From Camelus dromedarius (Eukaryota): DNA of 64,000 nt. The position numbers and the translations under genes are program-made. Numbering within the stretch: the stretch's first letter is position 1; every line of letters begins with the position of its first letter. The notes under the pieces were generated by a model that worked only from the letters and a program-made list of their open reading frames with translations, searched no databases and was not told where the DNA came from. Shown here one piece after another: positions 12,321-25,903 of this stretch. The stretch is from positions 3,598,001 through 3,662,000 of the forward strand of contig NC_087438.1 of NCBI RefSeq assembly GCF_036321535.1, in the 5' to 3' direction.

Positions 12321-14967
12321 AGGCAGTTGACTTCTGCTTGGTTCACTTCAATGGTATAGAGTTTTCTTTAATAAGTACTTAGAGTCTAGAATGGAAGGCT
12401 TCCAGTCAGATAAGACTCCTTTGGTGGCAAGAGACAGGAAACCCGACTGGAGTGAGCATCGGCGAAACACCAGTTAACTGGATGACAGAATCCAAGGAAG
12501 AGCTGAACCCTGTGGTACTTCTGAGCCCCGGGGCCCTGACCCCCAGGTGGAGACGGTGTCAGGCTTCCTCAGTGTCAGGACCTCATCTTTGGTCCTCCCA
12601 GGGGGCCACTGTGATTCCAGACCCTTCCTCCAAAAGGCAGGAAACATGGCACCCAGAATGCCCTTGGCCCCTGTGGTTCAGCTTCCCCACTGGGGAATTC
12701 CTGCTCCAAAACCCTGGGAAAAGACTCAGAGTTTCCTAGTGGATCAGGTTCCTATCCCTGGATTAATCAAGAAGGCCATGGAGACAGGCTCAAAGAAGAA
12801 CAGGGCAGCTTCCGAGCTGGCAGAGTGGAGGCAGAGGAGGGGTTCTGGCAGCATTAAGCAGATCCCCCCACACTCAGCTGCTCGGATGGAGGAAGGATGG
12901 GTGGATGTCCTGCTCACTGGGCTCATTGCTGCCAATGAGTTCTTCTTTTATTCTAAGCGATGCTGGAATATAAAGTTTCTAACAACCACAAAACCACAGC
13001 ATGTCCCCAACAGAGCTTCACGGCTGGCGGCAGACGTGTTTGGAGGAGCAGCCAGCACGCACGCCTGCCCCGCACCCACCTGTGTGCCCTGTGGCATTAA
13101 TATGTGCATATATGGAAGAGGCTCCTGGGAGGAAGGGAAGGGGGACTTGGAGACTGACACCAAATCTCTGTGACCTTGGGCAACTGGTCCGACCTCGTGG
13201 ATCTTAGACTAGCTTGAAAGTCACTGTCAGCTCTGACAACCCATGATTGTGTGGTCTGTGTTATTTTGACATCTCTGGCCTTACCGTCATGTAGATCTTG
13301 GGCCACCATGACTCTTGGTGACCATAGATGGACAGAGAGTCCAATTCTGGACTGGCCCCTTCCCCTCCCAATTACCTAATCCCCTACTCCCTTCTGGCAT
13401 GCCTTTGACATTCTTCTGGTTTGGACCCAATCCACAGGTCCTGCTTCACCCGTCAAATTCCAGATTAGGTGTGTCTAGTGCCGTGCCAAGGTGTGGCCAG
13501 AATGAGGCCAGCATGCTAGGCTCCTCTACCCCGAAGCGGCAGCCACTGCCCTCATCATCCCAGGAACAGCCCTGCCGCACACGGCAACCCTGTGTCCCCA
13601 GACCTCAGCACCAGCAGCCACGGGGGTCCTATCAGCAGCCACTCCCGCCGACAGCTGGAAAGCCCTTCCCAAGGCCCCCCCAGCCCCCAGCGGGGCGATG
13701 GGACCTGCAGGAAGACATTTGGAAGTGGGTGCTAGGCTACAGACTAGGTGACTCGTGTTTTGGCTTTATTATGAATGCGTCATGTTCCTGGGACTCTGGG
13801 CAAGCCTGGAAAGTGGATTTGAGACTAAATTCTCGGTTCCACCACAAGGGATGGGATTAGTGGTTCCGGGGCCCTGCCAGGAGCACAGCTGAGTAGACAA
13901 GCCACAGTGATCTAATCTCCCCAGCTCTGGGCTGGCCCCGTCCAGCTGCGACGGGGGAGTTCTAGCTGGAGGGTGCGGAGGGAGCTCGAGCCTAGGGGAA
14001 AGGTATGTGAGTGTTTGTGGACATGGGAGGGGAGAGGGAGAGGGCTGTGTGAGAGAAAGAGAAGGACTGCAGGGAGAGGCCACGCGAGCAGATGTGAGCA
14101 GCCCTGGACCCAGGGAGGAGAGAAGACATGAGTGCTAAAGAAAGCTGAGAGAGGCCAGTGCCCTTGGGAGGAGCAAGGAACAGCAGAGGAAGGGATGGAC
14201 TGCTTTTGTCCAGAAGAAGTGAGTCATGTTTCATTTCCACAAAAAGAGGCTAATGAAAGGAAATTGTTGGTTAAATAAGGGAGTTTTAAAATGCTTGGTT
14301 ATTCTCAAGAAGGGATCAGGGAGATGCTGCGTCCTCATCTTGACAAGGTTCCTCCCGGGAGCCTGTGCACGCTCACCCTCCCCGCCACGTGACGCGCGGA
14401 GACGTGTGGGTGGGTGTCTGGTGCGCATGCCTTCCCTCCCTTAGCTGGTGTCTGCCGAGCGCCTGCCACGTGCTAGACTCGGTAGCAGATGCAGGGGATA
14501 CACGGAGGAGGGGGCACCGTAGCTCAGCCTGGAGGAAGAGCAGAGCCATGGCCGGGGAAGACGGGGTAGCAGGGCACATGCTGCACTGCGCACGGGGGTG
14601 AGAACCAGCCGGGACTGTGGGCCATGGGGACACCGAGCGACGGTGCCCGGGAGAGAGGCAGCTAGACCGCTACCCTCACCGGGAGACCGGGGAATGCGCA
14701 GGACGCGCTCCACTGGAAGCGTGTGGCGCTGGAGGACGAGGCCAGGACCCTGGCTGCTGCCTGGTGGATGGTGACAGACATCAGACTCAATGCAGAGCGG
14801 ATGTGGACACGATGAGTCCTCTTCCCCTGCCTGGGATGTGCGTCTCTCCCCCTTCACCTGGTGGCTCCCTCATACCTCCGTGATCAGCTCAAACACACCC
14901 CCTCAAAGACAGGCACCTGCCCTGAGCCAGTGCACCTAGGCCAGCGACAGGGCCCCGAGGCTCAGCA

Positions 14968-15098
14968 GGGGCGGGTGCAGCTCAGTGGAGGAGCGCGTGC
15001 TTAGCTTGCAGGAGGTCCTGGGTTCAATCCCCTGTATCTCCATTAAAATAAACCTAATTCTCCCCACAAGAACAAATTAAAACCCCCCAAAAACAAAG
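14968..15098 (+). mobile_element. tRNA-Ala-derived SINE of the camelid vic-1 type
   Basis: GGGGCGGGTGCAGCTCAGTGG (A box) ... GGTTCAATCCC (B box) ... CTCCA, then an AT-rich tail ttaaaataaacctaatt and A-rich end. Confidence 0.82.
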
Positions 15099-17360
15099 TC
15101 CTAAGGTTTTATATATTGTCTCCCAGAGTAAGTGAATTCTTTTTTGACACTCAAATGAACAAGCTTTTATTTTCATTTCCATCATAGAAAAGTAAGCCTT
15201 AATGAAAACTTCTTTTAAGTCTAAAAATGATAAGACCCTATCACTTCATTCCAACGTGAGCATCTCGATTCCAGCTACACGTTTTAAGTGACCCACAAGT
15301 TTGACAAGAAAGAATATTGTGTTTTCCAGTGCCCACCAGTCTGGTAGCAATAAACAGTATTTTCAAAAGCAAAGTGGTAGCAAGTCTGTACTGGTTGCAG
15401 GTGCCCCAGGCTCTAATCTTCTAAGAACCCAAGAAAGCAGGTGGTGGATGCTTAGAGCCAACGGGGGGACTTCGACTCAGAACGTAGCTCAGCGGTCACC
15501 CCTGCTCTTACCACACACCAATCGGGGAGCCTGCTGGTGGCACAGTCCCAGCTATGATCCAGTGACGTTACAAATACAGCTGGGGGGAGGAGTCCGACTG
15601 GGGTAACGTACAATAAAATTATTGGAAAAACATTAAGTATTCCCATCTTAGTGAAACCTGTTTGCGCATCTGAACCTCCTATTCCGCTACATTTTTGTCC
15701 CCCTGTAATTTTGGTGCTGCTTCCGCGAAGACATTGGACTGAGTTTCTGCTTAGCACTTGTATTCCGGGACAGGAATGCAGGACTCAGGGGCACTTGTCA
15801 TCCCGACAAGAGGTCGGGGTTTACTCCACCAAGAAACATGTCTCCTCCCAGATCCGCCGACTTGGAAATAAAATAAAAAGCCAGTCATCTCTCCCATCAG
15901 TTTTCAGCTTCTCAGGAAAGGCAATAAATGGTTTTCCTGGTTAAATATGAAAAAACCAGAACAATGGACACAAGTGGGTGAAACCCTGAGGGCCAGGCTG
16001 GAAGCTCTGTGACTTGAAGATGGCGGGAGCTGATGGCAAACCCAGCTGGAAATAAGACGCCCTCAGTCGTGGCTGGTGCATCCTCCTGAGCGAGCAGGAG
16101 CAGTTTGGAAAGAGGCTTGCAAGCCTTACACAGATTCTCCCGAGATGTATCAGAGCTGTTTTTTCTGGGTTGGCTGTGTGATAACTTGCCTCATAGGTGA
16201 AATTTTACAAAGCAAAAAAAAGGCAAACTTTGGGAAACAAAAAGACAAAACTTCTTGTCCAGAGTGAGGTCAAATCGGAACCTGGATTCCATCCATTTGG
16301 TGTCATTAATTCAAAGGACCCACTGGAACCCGGGGCTGGAGCAGCCTAGGCTGCTCTGTTTCCCTCCATTGTGCTCTCACCCCACCGTTCAGGGTCTTAA
16401 GAAGCCAGATTCAATAGGGATGGACATGTAAGAAGAAAAACTCATTTTATTTAAAACTTCATTTTATTAAACTCAAGGAATTTGTCTCTGGGTTTAAAGA
16501 GAGTTGATCCAATGACTCAACGTTTTCGGGTCAGCCTCCTCTGAGGGCTTGGAGAACCACACGTGCCCACGGAGGACGCAGCTGACAAAACACACAGCTG
16601 CTTACCCCGACATCAGTGCTTCATCCAGCTGATTCAGATGGGCTGGAAGTGCCCCTATGCCTTGCGGCCTCCAGGGCAGGGGAACAGAGAGGAGAGGCCC
16701 CAGGCCGGCCCCAGGCTGGGAGCAGGGGTTTCCATCAGCTCCACCGATGGCTGCATCTAAACTGGAGAAAACTGTCCGGCTGCCAATGCGCACAGATCAC
16801 TCACCATACTTTTGTGCGATGTCAACACTGCAGAAGGATGACATAAAGGGATGTCGCAAGTGGACGGGCCGGCCGGCCGGCCAAGCACAGCCTTAGCAGG
16901 AGGCAAAGCCTTGGTGCAGAAGGGCGGCCTCTCCTGCCCCAGGTGTGGTCCACGCAGTCCCTGCCACCCCGGCAGCAAACGTGTGGACGACGTTGTCCAG
17001 CAGCAGTATGTTTGTCATCACCAGGAGAAACGTGCTCCCCGCAGCGGTCACCCAGAACTGCCATCTCTGTGTAGGACAATGAAGTGCAGATGTGGACTCT
17101 TGTACGAGATGTTCGACAACGGATTTAATTATTGGAAATAGTTGTCCTTCTTAATCACATAAACCATCCTTGAAGAGCACACACGCCTCTTTTCAACCCA
17201 GAAAATGCTGAGTGATGCCTGGATTAGAGTGTAGTGGGGACCATATGCCTCTGTTCGAGGGGAGCAGAAAATGTCTTTCTTCCTAAAATGGCCCCATAGG
17301 AAGGACCAGAGGTCATTTTGTTAGCAAGTTTAGTGTTAAACAAGACAAAATGGATTTGCC

Positions 17361-17398
17361 CAACACATACACACACACACACACAGACGCACACACAT
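17361..17398. repeat. Imperfect (CA)n microsatellite
   Basis: Seen directly. Confidence 0.9.
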
Positions 17399-18930
17399 CT
17401 CATGCAAATATCTGTGTCTTTAATTATCATAACTAATTAGGAGAGCAGATTTTACTCGGAAGAGCTTAGATGGGACATGTCTTTGGGAGGAGCCCCCCCC
17501 CCCCCACTCTGTGGAGCTAGAAATATCACTGTAACCGTGGTGATTAACGACATCTCTATCTCCTGCTCAGAAAGTGTTGACACAGATGTTTGGCTAATCA
17601 CTGATAGCAAACAGCTATTCCCACAAAGGCTAAGATTAGTCGGAATTGGCACGCATTTCTTTCTTCTGTGAGCCTCGTTTGATTATAGATGATGTTTTGT
17701 TAGAGTGTATCCACGCAACCTCATAAATGATGTAAAACCCGAGAAAACAGAGACCCCGTGCCAAAACCAAATTAAATACGCGTCAGAAACACAAGCTTGA
17801 TTCGAGTTCAGGTACCACGAAGCTTGCCTTGGCCTATTGTTGCTAAAACCTTCAGGAAAACTATAAAAAGCCATCCTGACATTAATATCAATTTAAAGTC
17901 GGTGTTGCTGCCGACATTTCTTCCCCACGAAGCTCAGCTGGCTGTATCATCTCCAGCACAACGTATAGTGGCAGCGCCACAGCTTCCAAAAGGCTGTGGC
18001 GAACGTCCCACACGGACTGGGCGAGGAAAAGCCTTGTCTGTGTAAACGCATTGCGCCTGCCCGGTTCTCTCCTGTGAGCAGCACAAGTGCTCTTGGCAGT
18101 TAGACGCGGAGCTGGTCCTCTGTGCGCGCAGTCTCAGTCTCTCCTCTGTGCCACATTCCTTCCTCCTTCCATCAAGAGAGCCCAAGATCCGTTCAGACGG
18201 CTGCCGCCCCTCTTCACACAGGTCCCTGCAAACCTGAGTTGAACCGCCATCTGGTTACTTCTGGAGCTCCTGGGAAATCTGAAGTCCTCTGTCTTATTCG
18301 TCCACCACTCGCTGGGATGGGGTTCAGGAGAATCAGAGCGAATCCAGAGCCCGGCTGAGCCCTGGGTGGCTTTCCTCCGTGGACCATTTTAAAGGGTCAC
18401 ATGCGCAGGTGCAATGTCTGCTTCTGGGAAGGACCCTGACAGGTGCTGTGGGGGAAAGGGAGACCAGGGTGTGAGGTGGCTGCAAAGACTTTGACCTGGA
18501 GCTAAAGCCTGGACACCAGAGGAAGTCACAGCGGGAAGGAAGAGGGATCACTGGGGTCAGATGAAACCGCGGGATGTCAGGCAGGCTGCCACCCTGGTTA
18601 GAATAACTGCCATCTGGTGAGCAGAAAGGAGGCTGAGTGAGCTTCTCCCAGTGGGGACGTGACGCCGTGTGTCCTCGGAGGACCCGCGTGTGTGGGTGGA
18701 CCCCTTCCACAGCTGCCATCACTGCCCTTCCCAAGAGAGCTTCGTCTGCAGAAGGCTTGAACTCCGAGCACACTCACGGCCTCCGGTGGAGACTCCCCAC
18801 TCACGGGACGACACAGCCTCTCGCACAGGCTGCTGCCGTCTCTTCTGTTTCACAATTGCTAGCCAAACCTCTTCCACACAGAGTAACTGGCCCCAAGGGC
18901 ACGATGTTTTCACTCTAATGCACCTCCACA

Positions 18931-19424
18931 CAGATCTTCCGCAATTATGATGGGGTTATGTCCCAGTAAAAACCTCGGGAATTGAAAACATGGTATGTCG
19001 AAAATTCATGTAATACACCTAACCTACCGAATGTAGCATAACCTCGCCTACCTTAAATCTGCTCAGAGCACTTCCATTCGAGGACAGCTGGGCAAAATCA
19101 TCTATCACAAAGCCTATTTGATAATAAAGTGTTGAATATTTTATATAACTGATTGGATACTGTGCCGAAAGTGAAAAACAGAGTGGTCATATGGGTACAG
19201 GATGTTCGTAAATGTATCGATGTCGACCCCGGTGATTCGGGACTGACTGGGAGCCCCGGCCCTCGGCCACTGCCCAGCATCGTGAGAGCACATTGCACTG
19301 CCCGTTCCTAGCTCGGGAAGAGAGCACAAGTCAAAGTGCAGTTTCTACTGAAAGTAGAAACATTTTGCACCATCGTAAAGTCGAAAAATCATAAGTCAAA
19401 CTAACATCAGTCAGTGACCTTCTG
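18931..19424. mobile_element. MER47/Tigger5-like TcMar DNA transposon
   Basis: Starts cagat...atgatggggttatgtccc; internal taatacacctaacctaccga; ends catcgtaaagtcgaaaaatc...gaccttctg (degenerate TIR). Confidence 0.75.
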
Positions 19425-19819
19425 TTTATGTCAGTCTTGCCAAAGGACAAGGGTCCCACTTTTGCCTTTTAAAAGAAACGTATAAGGAAGTGGGGAGAGC
19501 AGAGTGGGCAAGGAAACACACTCTGGGGGTCTTACGTCTCCCCCGAAGGACTTCCAATGTTTACATTTGCTTTGTGGATGCTCGGCGGCGTCACCTCCCC
19601 ATCTCCACCCTCCTCTTCACTCAATGGCTCCTGTTCATCCTTGGAAAGTCGGTGCAGAGTCAGCGAGGGCCGGGCCCCACTGCAGCCTCCGTGTAAGTCC
19701 TCAGCACTGTGCAGACACCTACCAGGACTAGCTAGACGGCGTCTACCCACCTGCCCTTCCCCAGTGGCATCTGAATTCCTTGAGGGAGGATGACGGTGCC
19801 TTTAACATTACGTTCCATG

Positions 19820-20410
19820 ACCGCTCTTGCGACAGACATTTGGCAGGGGTGGAAATGATCCACATCTCTACCATCCGATAATGCACCGTGTCGGCTTGGC
19901 TACAGTAACAAGACACCACGGACGGGAGGCTCAAACCATAGACATTCATTTCTCATGGTTCTGGAGGTTGCAAGTCCAAGAGCAGATGCCAGCTGGTTTG
20001 GTGTCTGGTCAGGCTCCACTTCCTGATTTGCAGGCAGCTGCCTTCTCTTTGTGTCCTCGCATGGTGGGGAGAGACAACGAGTGAGCTCTGGTCTCTCTTC
20101 CTCTTCTTATAAGGGCAGTAATCCCATCACAGGGGCCCCACCCTCCTGAGCTCGTCTGAACATAATCACCTCCCGAGGGCCCCACCTCCAGTGTCATCAC
20201 AGCGGGTTAGGCTTCCACGTAGGGATTTGAGGGGAACAGAAGCTTTTAGTCCACAGTAGGCAGCAGCAGCCACATGTGACTATGGAGCCCCTGACGTGTG
20301 CGTGGTGTGACTGAGGAACTGAATATTTCATTGCAGTTTATGTTAATTAATTTAAATTTGTATTTCAATAGCACACACAGCTGGTGCCTACCGTATTGGA
20401 CAACACAGCT
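19820..20410. mobile_element. MER3 (hAT) split by an MLT1A-like MaLR LTR (~19882-20257)
   Basis: MER3 left part (ggaaatgatccacatct...tccgata) resumes as agccacatgtgactat...accgtattggacaacacag after a typical MLT1A body. Confidence 0.75.
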
Positions 20411-20539
20411 CCAGAAACTCTCCTATTGCTTGGAACAGAGTATTCAATTCACAGGTGCTGAAATGAACTGAATCTGGGGGTGAAAACCTCTCTGACTTCT
20501 CAGCCTAGATGATTCAGATTTCTGATACAGCAGGGAAGA

Positions 20540-20940
20540 TACTCATTCATCCACGCATTTACCACATATGTGAGGGCCCGCCCTATGCCGGCCCAGACGC
20601 CTTCTTGCCCTGGGGACCCCTGCCCCTGTGGGCTCACATTTGATGGTGGAAGGAGGCCTCCCTGGAGAGGTAGCACTTGAACAGAGACCTTTGGGCCACA
20701 GGGTGATCTGGAGGGGGTGCGTTCCAGGTAGAGGGGCAGGACCTGAAAAGGTCTCCAGGCAGGAAGGCACCTGGCACATCCTGTGACCAGAAAGAATGGT
20801 GCTCCTGGTGTCCCGGAAAAGGAGGAGGCAGGCGTCCCAGAACGCAGGCCTGCCAACTGTCTTGATATTTAAACTTGATTTTAAGCAAAATGGGAAGCCG
20901 TTGTAGGGCTGTAATAACATGACATTATTTAGGTTTTAAA
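20540..20940 (-). mobile_element. L2 LINE 3' fragment
   Basis: cattcatccacgcatttac start; ggcctccctggagaggtagcacttga and gttccaggtagagggg motifs. Confidence 0.65.
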
Positions 20941-22807
20941 CTCATTCCTCAGGTGCCTGTGAGGACACTAGAGTTTAGAGGGCAAGAGGGACACAAGATT
21001 GTGGGGAAGAGGTCTGCCCTGGAGGAGAGACAGAGGAGGGAGAGCCCATAGGCCGTCCTGTCGTTGGATCTGAGGACACGGGAGACCCACAGACGCCTCC
21101 TGGAATGAGGCGTGCGGGGAGGCGAACCTATTGCCAGGAGGGGTGCTCGGGTCAACGCGGGGAGGACATGCATGCGGTGCCCATGGGACAGGACACTCAC
21201 ATGGACATCCAAAGGATAAAACAAGCCGGGGACATGCAGCCATAACTCCCCCCCGAGCCATCACTCGGGGCTCTGAAATACGAAGTCTGTCAACAGGACG
21301 AGACATGGCATTAGAGGCTGTTTCCTCCCTCAGGGGGCGTGGGCCAGGCCTGCAGGTCCCGGTCAGTGACTGAGCTCACATCTGAACAGCCTGTCACGGG
21401 GCTGGGATGTTCATTCAGGGGCGAGGGGACGCCTGAAGCCCCTTAATCACCCCCACGCTCTATTTCCCACATACTGATCTGTATAGATAAAGTTGTTGAG
21501 AAATCCTGGCCTGCCCCCCGGGTTTCCTGAAACCTTCTTTCTCACAGTGGACTCTCAACAGCGAGATGAATTTAGATTCCCCCGTGAACCACGCCGCGCC
21601 GTGGTGACTGTAGAGAGTGATGTTTCCAATTACACTTTTATCATCTTGCATTTCTGTTCCAACTTGGAATGCTCCCTTCTCACCCCTCTCCGGTCATTCC
21701 TGATCTGTGTTCCTTCCCCCTCCTTGCAAGACAACCATGAAACGGCTTCAGTCACCAGTAAGTGATGGAAAGAATGAATGAGTTTGGCTTCAGACACTCC
21801 TAAGTAGACAGCTGGGAGGTGGTTGAAAACAAAAAGCAGGCAGCTTGAGGACATTAGAGTGACCTGCTTGAGAAGATGGGCCCGTCTCTGGGCTCAAGGT
21901 ACCAATGACATCGGAGCTTGGAGGAAATGGCCAGGACAGAGAGCCCTGGGGCAGAGTGCACTGTGGAGGGGCTGTCTCCTCTGCCGCACAGGATCCCGGC
22001 AAGCCCACACTGCAATGGAACATCTCAGAATCCTCCGATCAAGGGGGACGACGGATGGTTCCTCAGAGAGGAGTCCGGTGTGGAGGCAAAGGCGGGGTAT
22101 TCCTTGAGCATCTCCCCGGGGTTCAGCCCTCTCTCCCCAACACCAGCTGGAAGTGGGGACCTGCAACCAGCCAATCACCAAGCCTGGGGAGCTTGGTTTG
22201 ACTAACCGCTTTCACTTTCTAGATTTCACTAAAAACTTTACAATGTGACTTTTACAAACTGGGGCTCTGGACCTCAGACAGAGAGAGATCAGGTGAAACC
22301 CGGGGAAACAGTGGGTTGGAGAACGTGATGTGCTCACCACGTTTACAAGTCTCTATTTGGGAGTTTGGGGTGGGTGGTTTTTTTGGTGTATCTTTCAGGG
22401 CAGCAACACATGAATTATGTCAGCATCCCATAAAGAGCATCAGTGCCATGACTGTTGATTACTGATTGCCCCAAATATACTGAGCATTATGTCAACCACA
22501 AACAACAATGAAGCTTAAAATAGACTCAGAAAAATCTTTAAAAGGCAACCATGGAACCACCATGCAGATTATTTTGATCCCCAAAACAGCGGGGCCAGGC
22601 AGTGGTGGGGAAAGCAGTTTTGCCAGGTTGTCAGATGGACCTCTTTGGATACTCTCTGGGTTCCCATGCATCCTACCAACTCTAACCAAGATCAAATCTC
22701 TTCTGACTCATTTTTTATTTTCCCAATCACACATGGAACTTCTGAGCAGCACAGAAAGTGTCTAAAGCCAGTGCAGTGGTGCTGCCTCCAACAAATAGAA
22801 TATGAAT

Positions 22808-23378
22808 GTGGAGGCAGTTCTGAGGTCACCCCTGACCCCCACCACTGCCCCCCAACCATGTAGTGTACACATCATCTCCCAGTTACTCAGTCAATTTAGG
22901 CACTCCAGTGGTGGGATCTTGTAGATAGAATTAAGGTCCAAAATAGACTGACTTCAAGATAGGGAGATTATCCTGGGTGGGCCTGACCTAATCAGGTGAG
23001 ACCACTAAAAGGATAAGGCTCTTCCTGGAGAAGGAGATTGGAGGCATGAGGGGGGTTCTCTGTCACTGGCTTTGAAGATGGGGGAATCGCATGGCAAGGA
23101 ATGTGGACAGCCTCTAGGACCCAGAGTCCTCAGTCCTACAACCATGAGGAAATTAATTCCACCAGCAACCTGCATGACTTGGAAACAGAATCTTCCCCTG
23201 AGCCTCCAGAAAGGAAGGAGACCCAGCCTAAACCCTGGTTTCTCCATGTGAGACCCTGAGCAGAGAAAGCAGCCTCACTGTGCCTGGACTTCTGACCTGG
23301 AGAGCTATGAGCCTCTACACGGCTGTTGGTTTACACCATTAAGTTCTGTAACTTTACAAAGCAAAGGGAAACCAACAA
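22808..23378 (+). mobile_element. MLT1E-like MaLR LTR
   Basis: gggagattatcctgggtgggcctgacctaatca; cagcctctagga; tgcctggacttctgacct; ends aaaccaaca. Confidence 0.75.
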
Positions 23379-24852
23379 AATCTCCTGTGCACTCAACACA
23401 TGCAGACTCCCAAGCAGGCACCCCCATTGCGCAGCTGCAGGACGTCAACGTTCTCAGCAAAGAGGGATGACAAGCCCTGTCTCCCCTTCCGCACCGGAGA
23501 GCAGTGAGGGCTGCCCAGAAGGTGGACAGAACTTTCTTACAAGAATAGATACTGCCTCCAAGACACAGTGGAGCCTGCTGTCTTGCTGTCGATCATTATC
23601 ATTAATTACACCTTTTCAGTTCCACTGTTAGAGACATTTTATCTTGTTTACAACTTTGCTTGAAAAATTATAGTATCATGGAAACAGCCTTTCCCAGCTG
23701 TAGAGCTTAGAAAGCTGGTGTTCACTGGGATGTTGACCGTTGTTTCTCGGAGAAGGGCACCTAGGACTACAAACCAACATGCTCTGGGACAGTCACAAGG
23801 TGTTAGCAGACTGAAGGCCCTGAGAAGTCTGGCTGCAAACGAATTTGCTCAACATGGTTTAACCGGATCTGTTCCAAACCTTCTGTTCCAAAAAGCACTT
23901 TCCTCCTCCCACTCTGATTAATCTCAGGAGACCCGTGGGAGAAGCCCAGTTTCAGAAAACTGGTTCCGAGATTACTAAAGACAAACACATAAACAAAGAT
24001 GCACACACTCTCCTTTCCCTGCAATCAGGTCACACAGCCTGACTGCAGCCAATTTTTGGACACCTCCCCCATTACCTTGGGCCTAAACATTCTTAGACAA
24101 TCCAGGCATAGGACAGGGAGCCCTGGTAAGAGTATTTAAGACAGGTGGCACTGCTTTTCCCTACACAGAGAGAAATTTCACTAAGAAGGGAAAATATATT
24201 TTCAATAGGGAAATAGCCTGGTAGGAAAAGCCTGATGAAAAAAAAAATTAAGTTCTTAAGTTTTTACTTACCTAAGTTCTAAACAAATAGACACTCAGCC
24301 ATTTGCAAATGGACACGAAGTCATGAGATAGCTGCCCTACAGAAAAGAGTAAAAGAACTGATCACCCGCCCCATGCTGTTTATGGTTATGGGAGTTGAGT
24401 CAGTTGAAGACAGAGCACATTTTACGAGATTTCAGGAAGGCAATGTCAAGAGACAAACGGAGCAAAACTCAGAACTAGGCAAAAGGATGACTGTCTTTTC
24501 CCGGATGCACAGAGGCTTTGGCCAGCAGTCACGCAAGATCTATCTGATTCAGCAGGAGTAACTGTCTCTGGTTTGCTTACTATTTTCTGGTAATTAGGGT
24601 GTTGCACAGCCCTGTGAAAGCCCGAGTTCACGCACAGCAACACACACGACCAACGTTCTGCAGCCTCGGAAAGGATTACAGCCCAATGGTTAGAGCGTCA
24701 TTGCGTGTGTGGTTAATAGCCTCCTCCCGTGTCTTTGCAGGGCTTTGGGGCACTGTTTCTTCACTTCCTTCTGAACCAGCCTCACCATCCTGCTGGTGGC
24801 CTCACTAAGTGAGACAAAGAAATCTTTGACATAGGCTCGCTATGTGTTTGGT

Positions 24853-25449
24853 TTTTTTTTTAACATTTTTTATTGACTTATAATCATTTTACAATGTTGT
24901 GTCAAATTCCAGTGTAGAGCACAATTTTTCAGTAATACCTGAACACATACATATGTTCATTGTCACATTTTTTTCTCTGTGAACTGCCATAAGATCTTGT
25001 ATATATTTCCCTGTGCTATACAGTATAATCTTGTTTATCTATTCTGCATATGCCTGTCAATATCTACAGATTTTGAACTCCCAGTCTGTCCCTTCCCACC
25101 CTCCGCCCCCTTGGTAACCACAAGTTTGTATTGTATGTCTGTGAGTCTGTTTCTGTCTTGTATTTATGTTCTTTATTTTTCTTTTTAGATTCCACATATG
25201 AGTGATCTCATATGGTATTATTCTCTCTCTTTCTGGCTTACTTCACTTAGAATAACATTCTCCAGTAACAACCACGTTGCTGCAAATGGCGTTATGTTGT
25301 CGGGTTTTATGGCTGAGTAGTATTCCATTGTATAAATATACCACCTCTTCTTTATCCAGTCATCTGTTGATGGACATTTAGGCTGTTTCCATGTCTTGGC
25401 TATTGTAAATAGTGCTGCTATGAACATTGGGGTGCAGGTGTCATTTTTG
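24853..25449 (-). mobile_element. Relatively young 5'-truncated L1 (3' UTR plus ORF2 end)
   Basis: Minus-strand ORF 25218..25529 contains DTCTPMFIAALFTIAKTWKQPKCPSTDDWIKKRWYIYTMEYYSAIK (L1 ORF2 C-terminus); poly(T) at the left end. Confidence 0.93.
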
Positions 25450-25689
25450 TATGAGAGCTGTGTTTTTAACTTTTTAAAAACGATACTTTGACAGAACTTT
25501 GGCCAAAGTATATTAAAGTTCTCAAACAAATGCCTCTTCTCTGCAACACTAGTTTAGCATTGAGGAATTTACCCTCTGGATACAATTGGATAGAGGTGGG
25601 AAGACAGCTCTAAGGAAGGTTAGGCAACTTTGCTTAATGAGAGCCAAAAAAAAGAACAGAAAAGAAAAGAAAAGGAGACCACTTGCATC

Positions 25690-25903
25690 ACTAATTCTCA
25701 ACCTATAGGATATAGGGTGATTCTGACACCAGAATTTGGCCGTATCTGGAGACACTTTCAATTGTCACAGCTGGAAGGGGCTGCTACTGGCATCTAGTGG
25801 GCAGAGACCAGGGACGCTCAGCACCCCACACTGCACAGGACGGCCCCGCTGCAGGCAATGATCTGGCCCAAAGTGCCACCAGGGCCGGGCTGGGGGAACC
25901 CTG
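25690..25903. mobile_element. MER20 hAT element
   Basis: tctggagacactttcaattgtcacagctgg...gctactggcatctagtgggcagagaccaggga...gaaccctg. Confidence 0.8.

Noticed and set aside
12547..13860. 208-aa and 181-aa ORFs
   Set aside because: Non-ATG starts, partly over degraded LTR-like sequence, no recognisable homology
14968..15042. tRNA-Ala gene
   Set aside because: Stem mismatches, genomic CCA and a SINE-type AT-rich tail indicate a SINE
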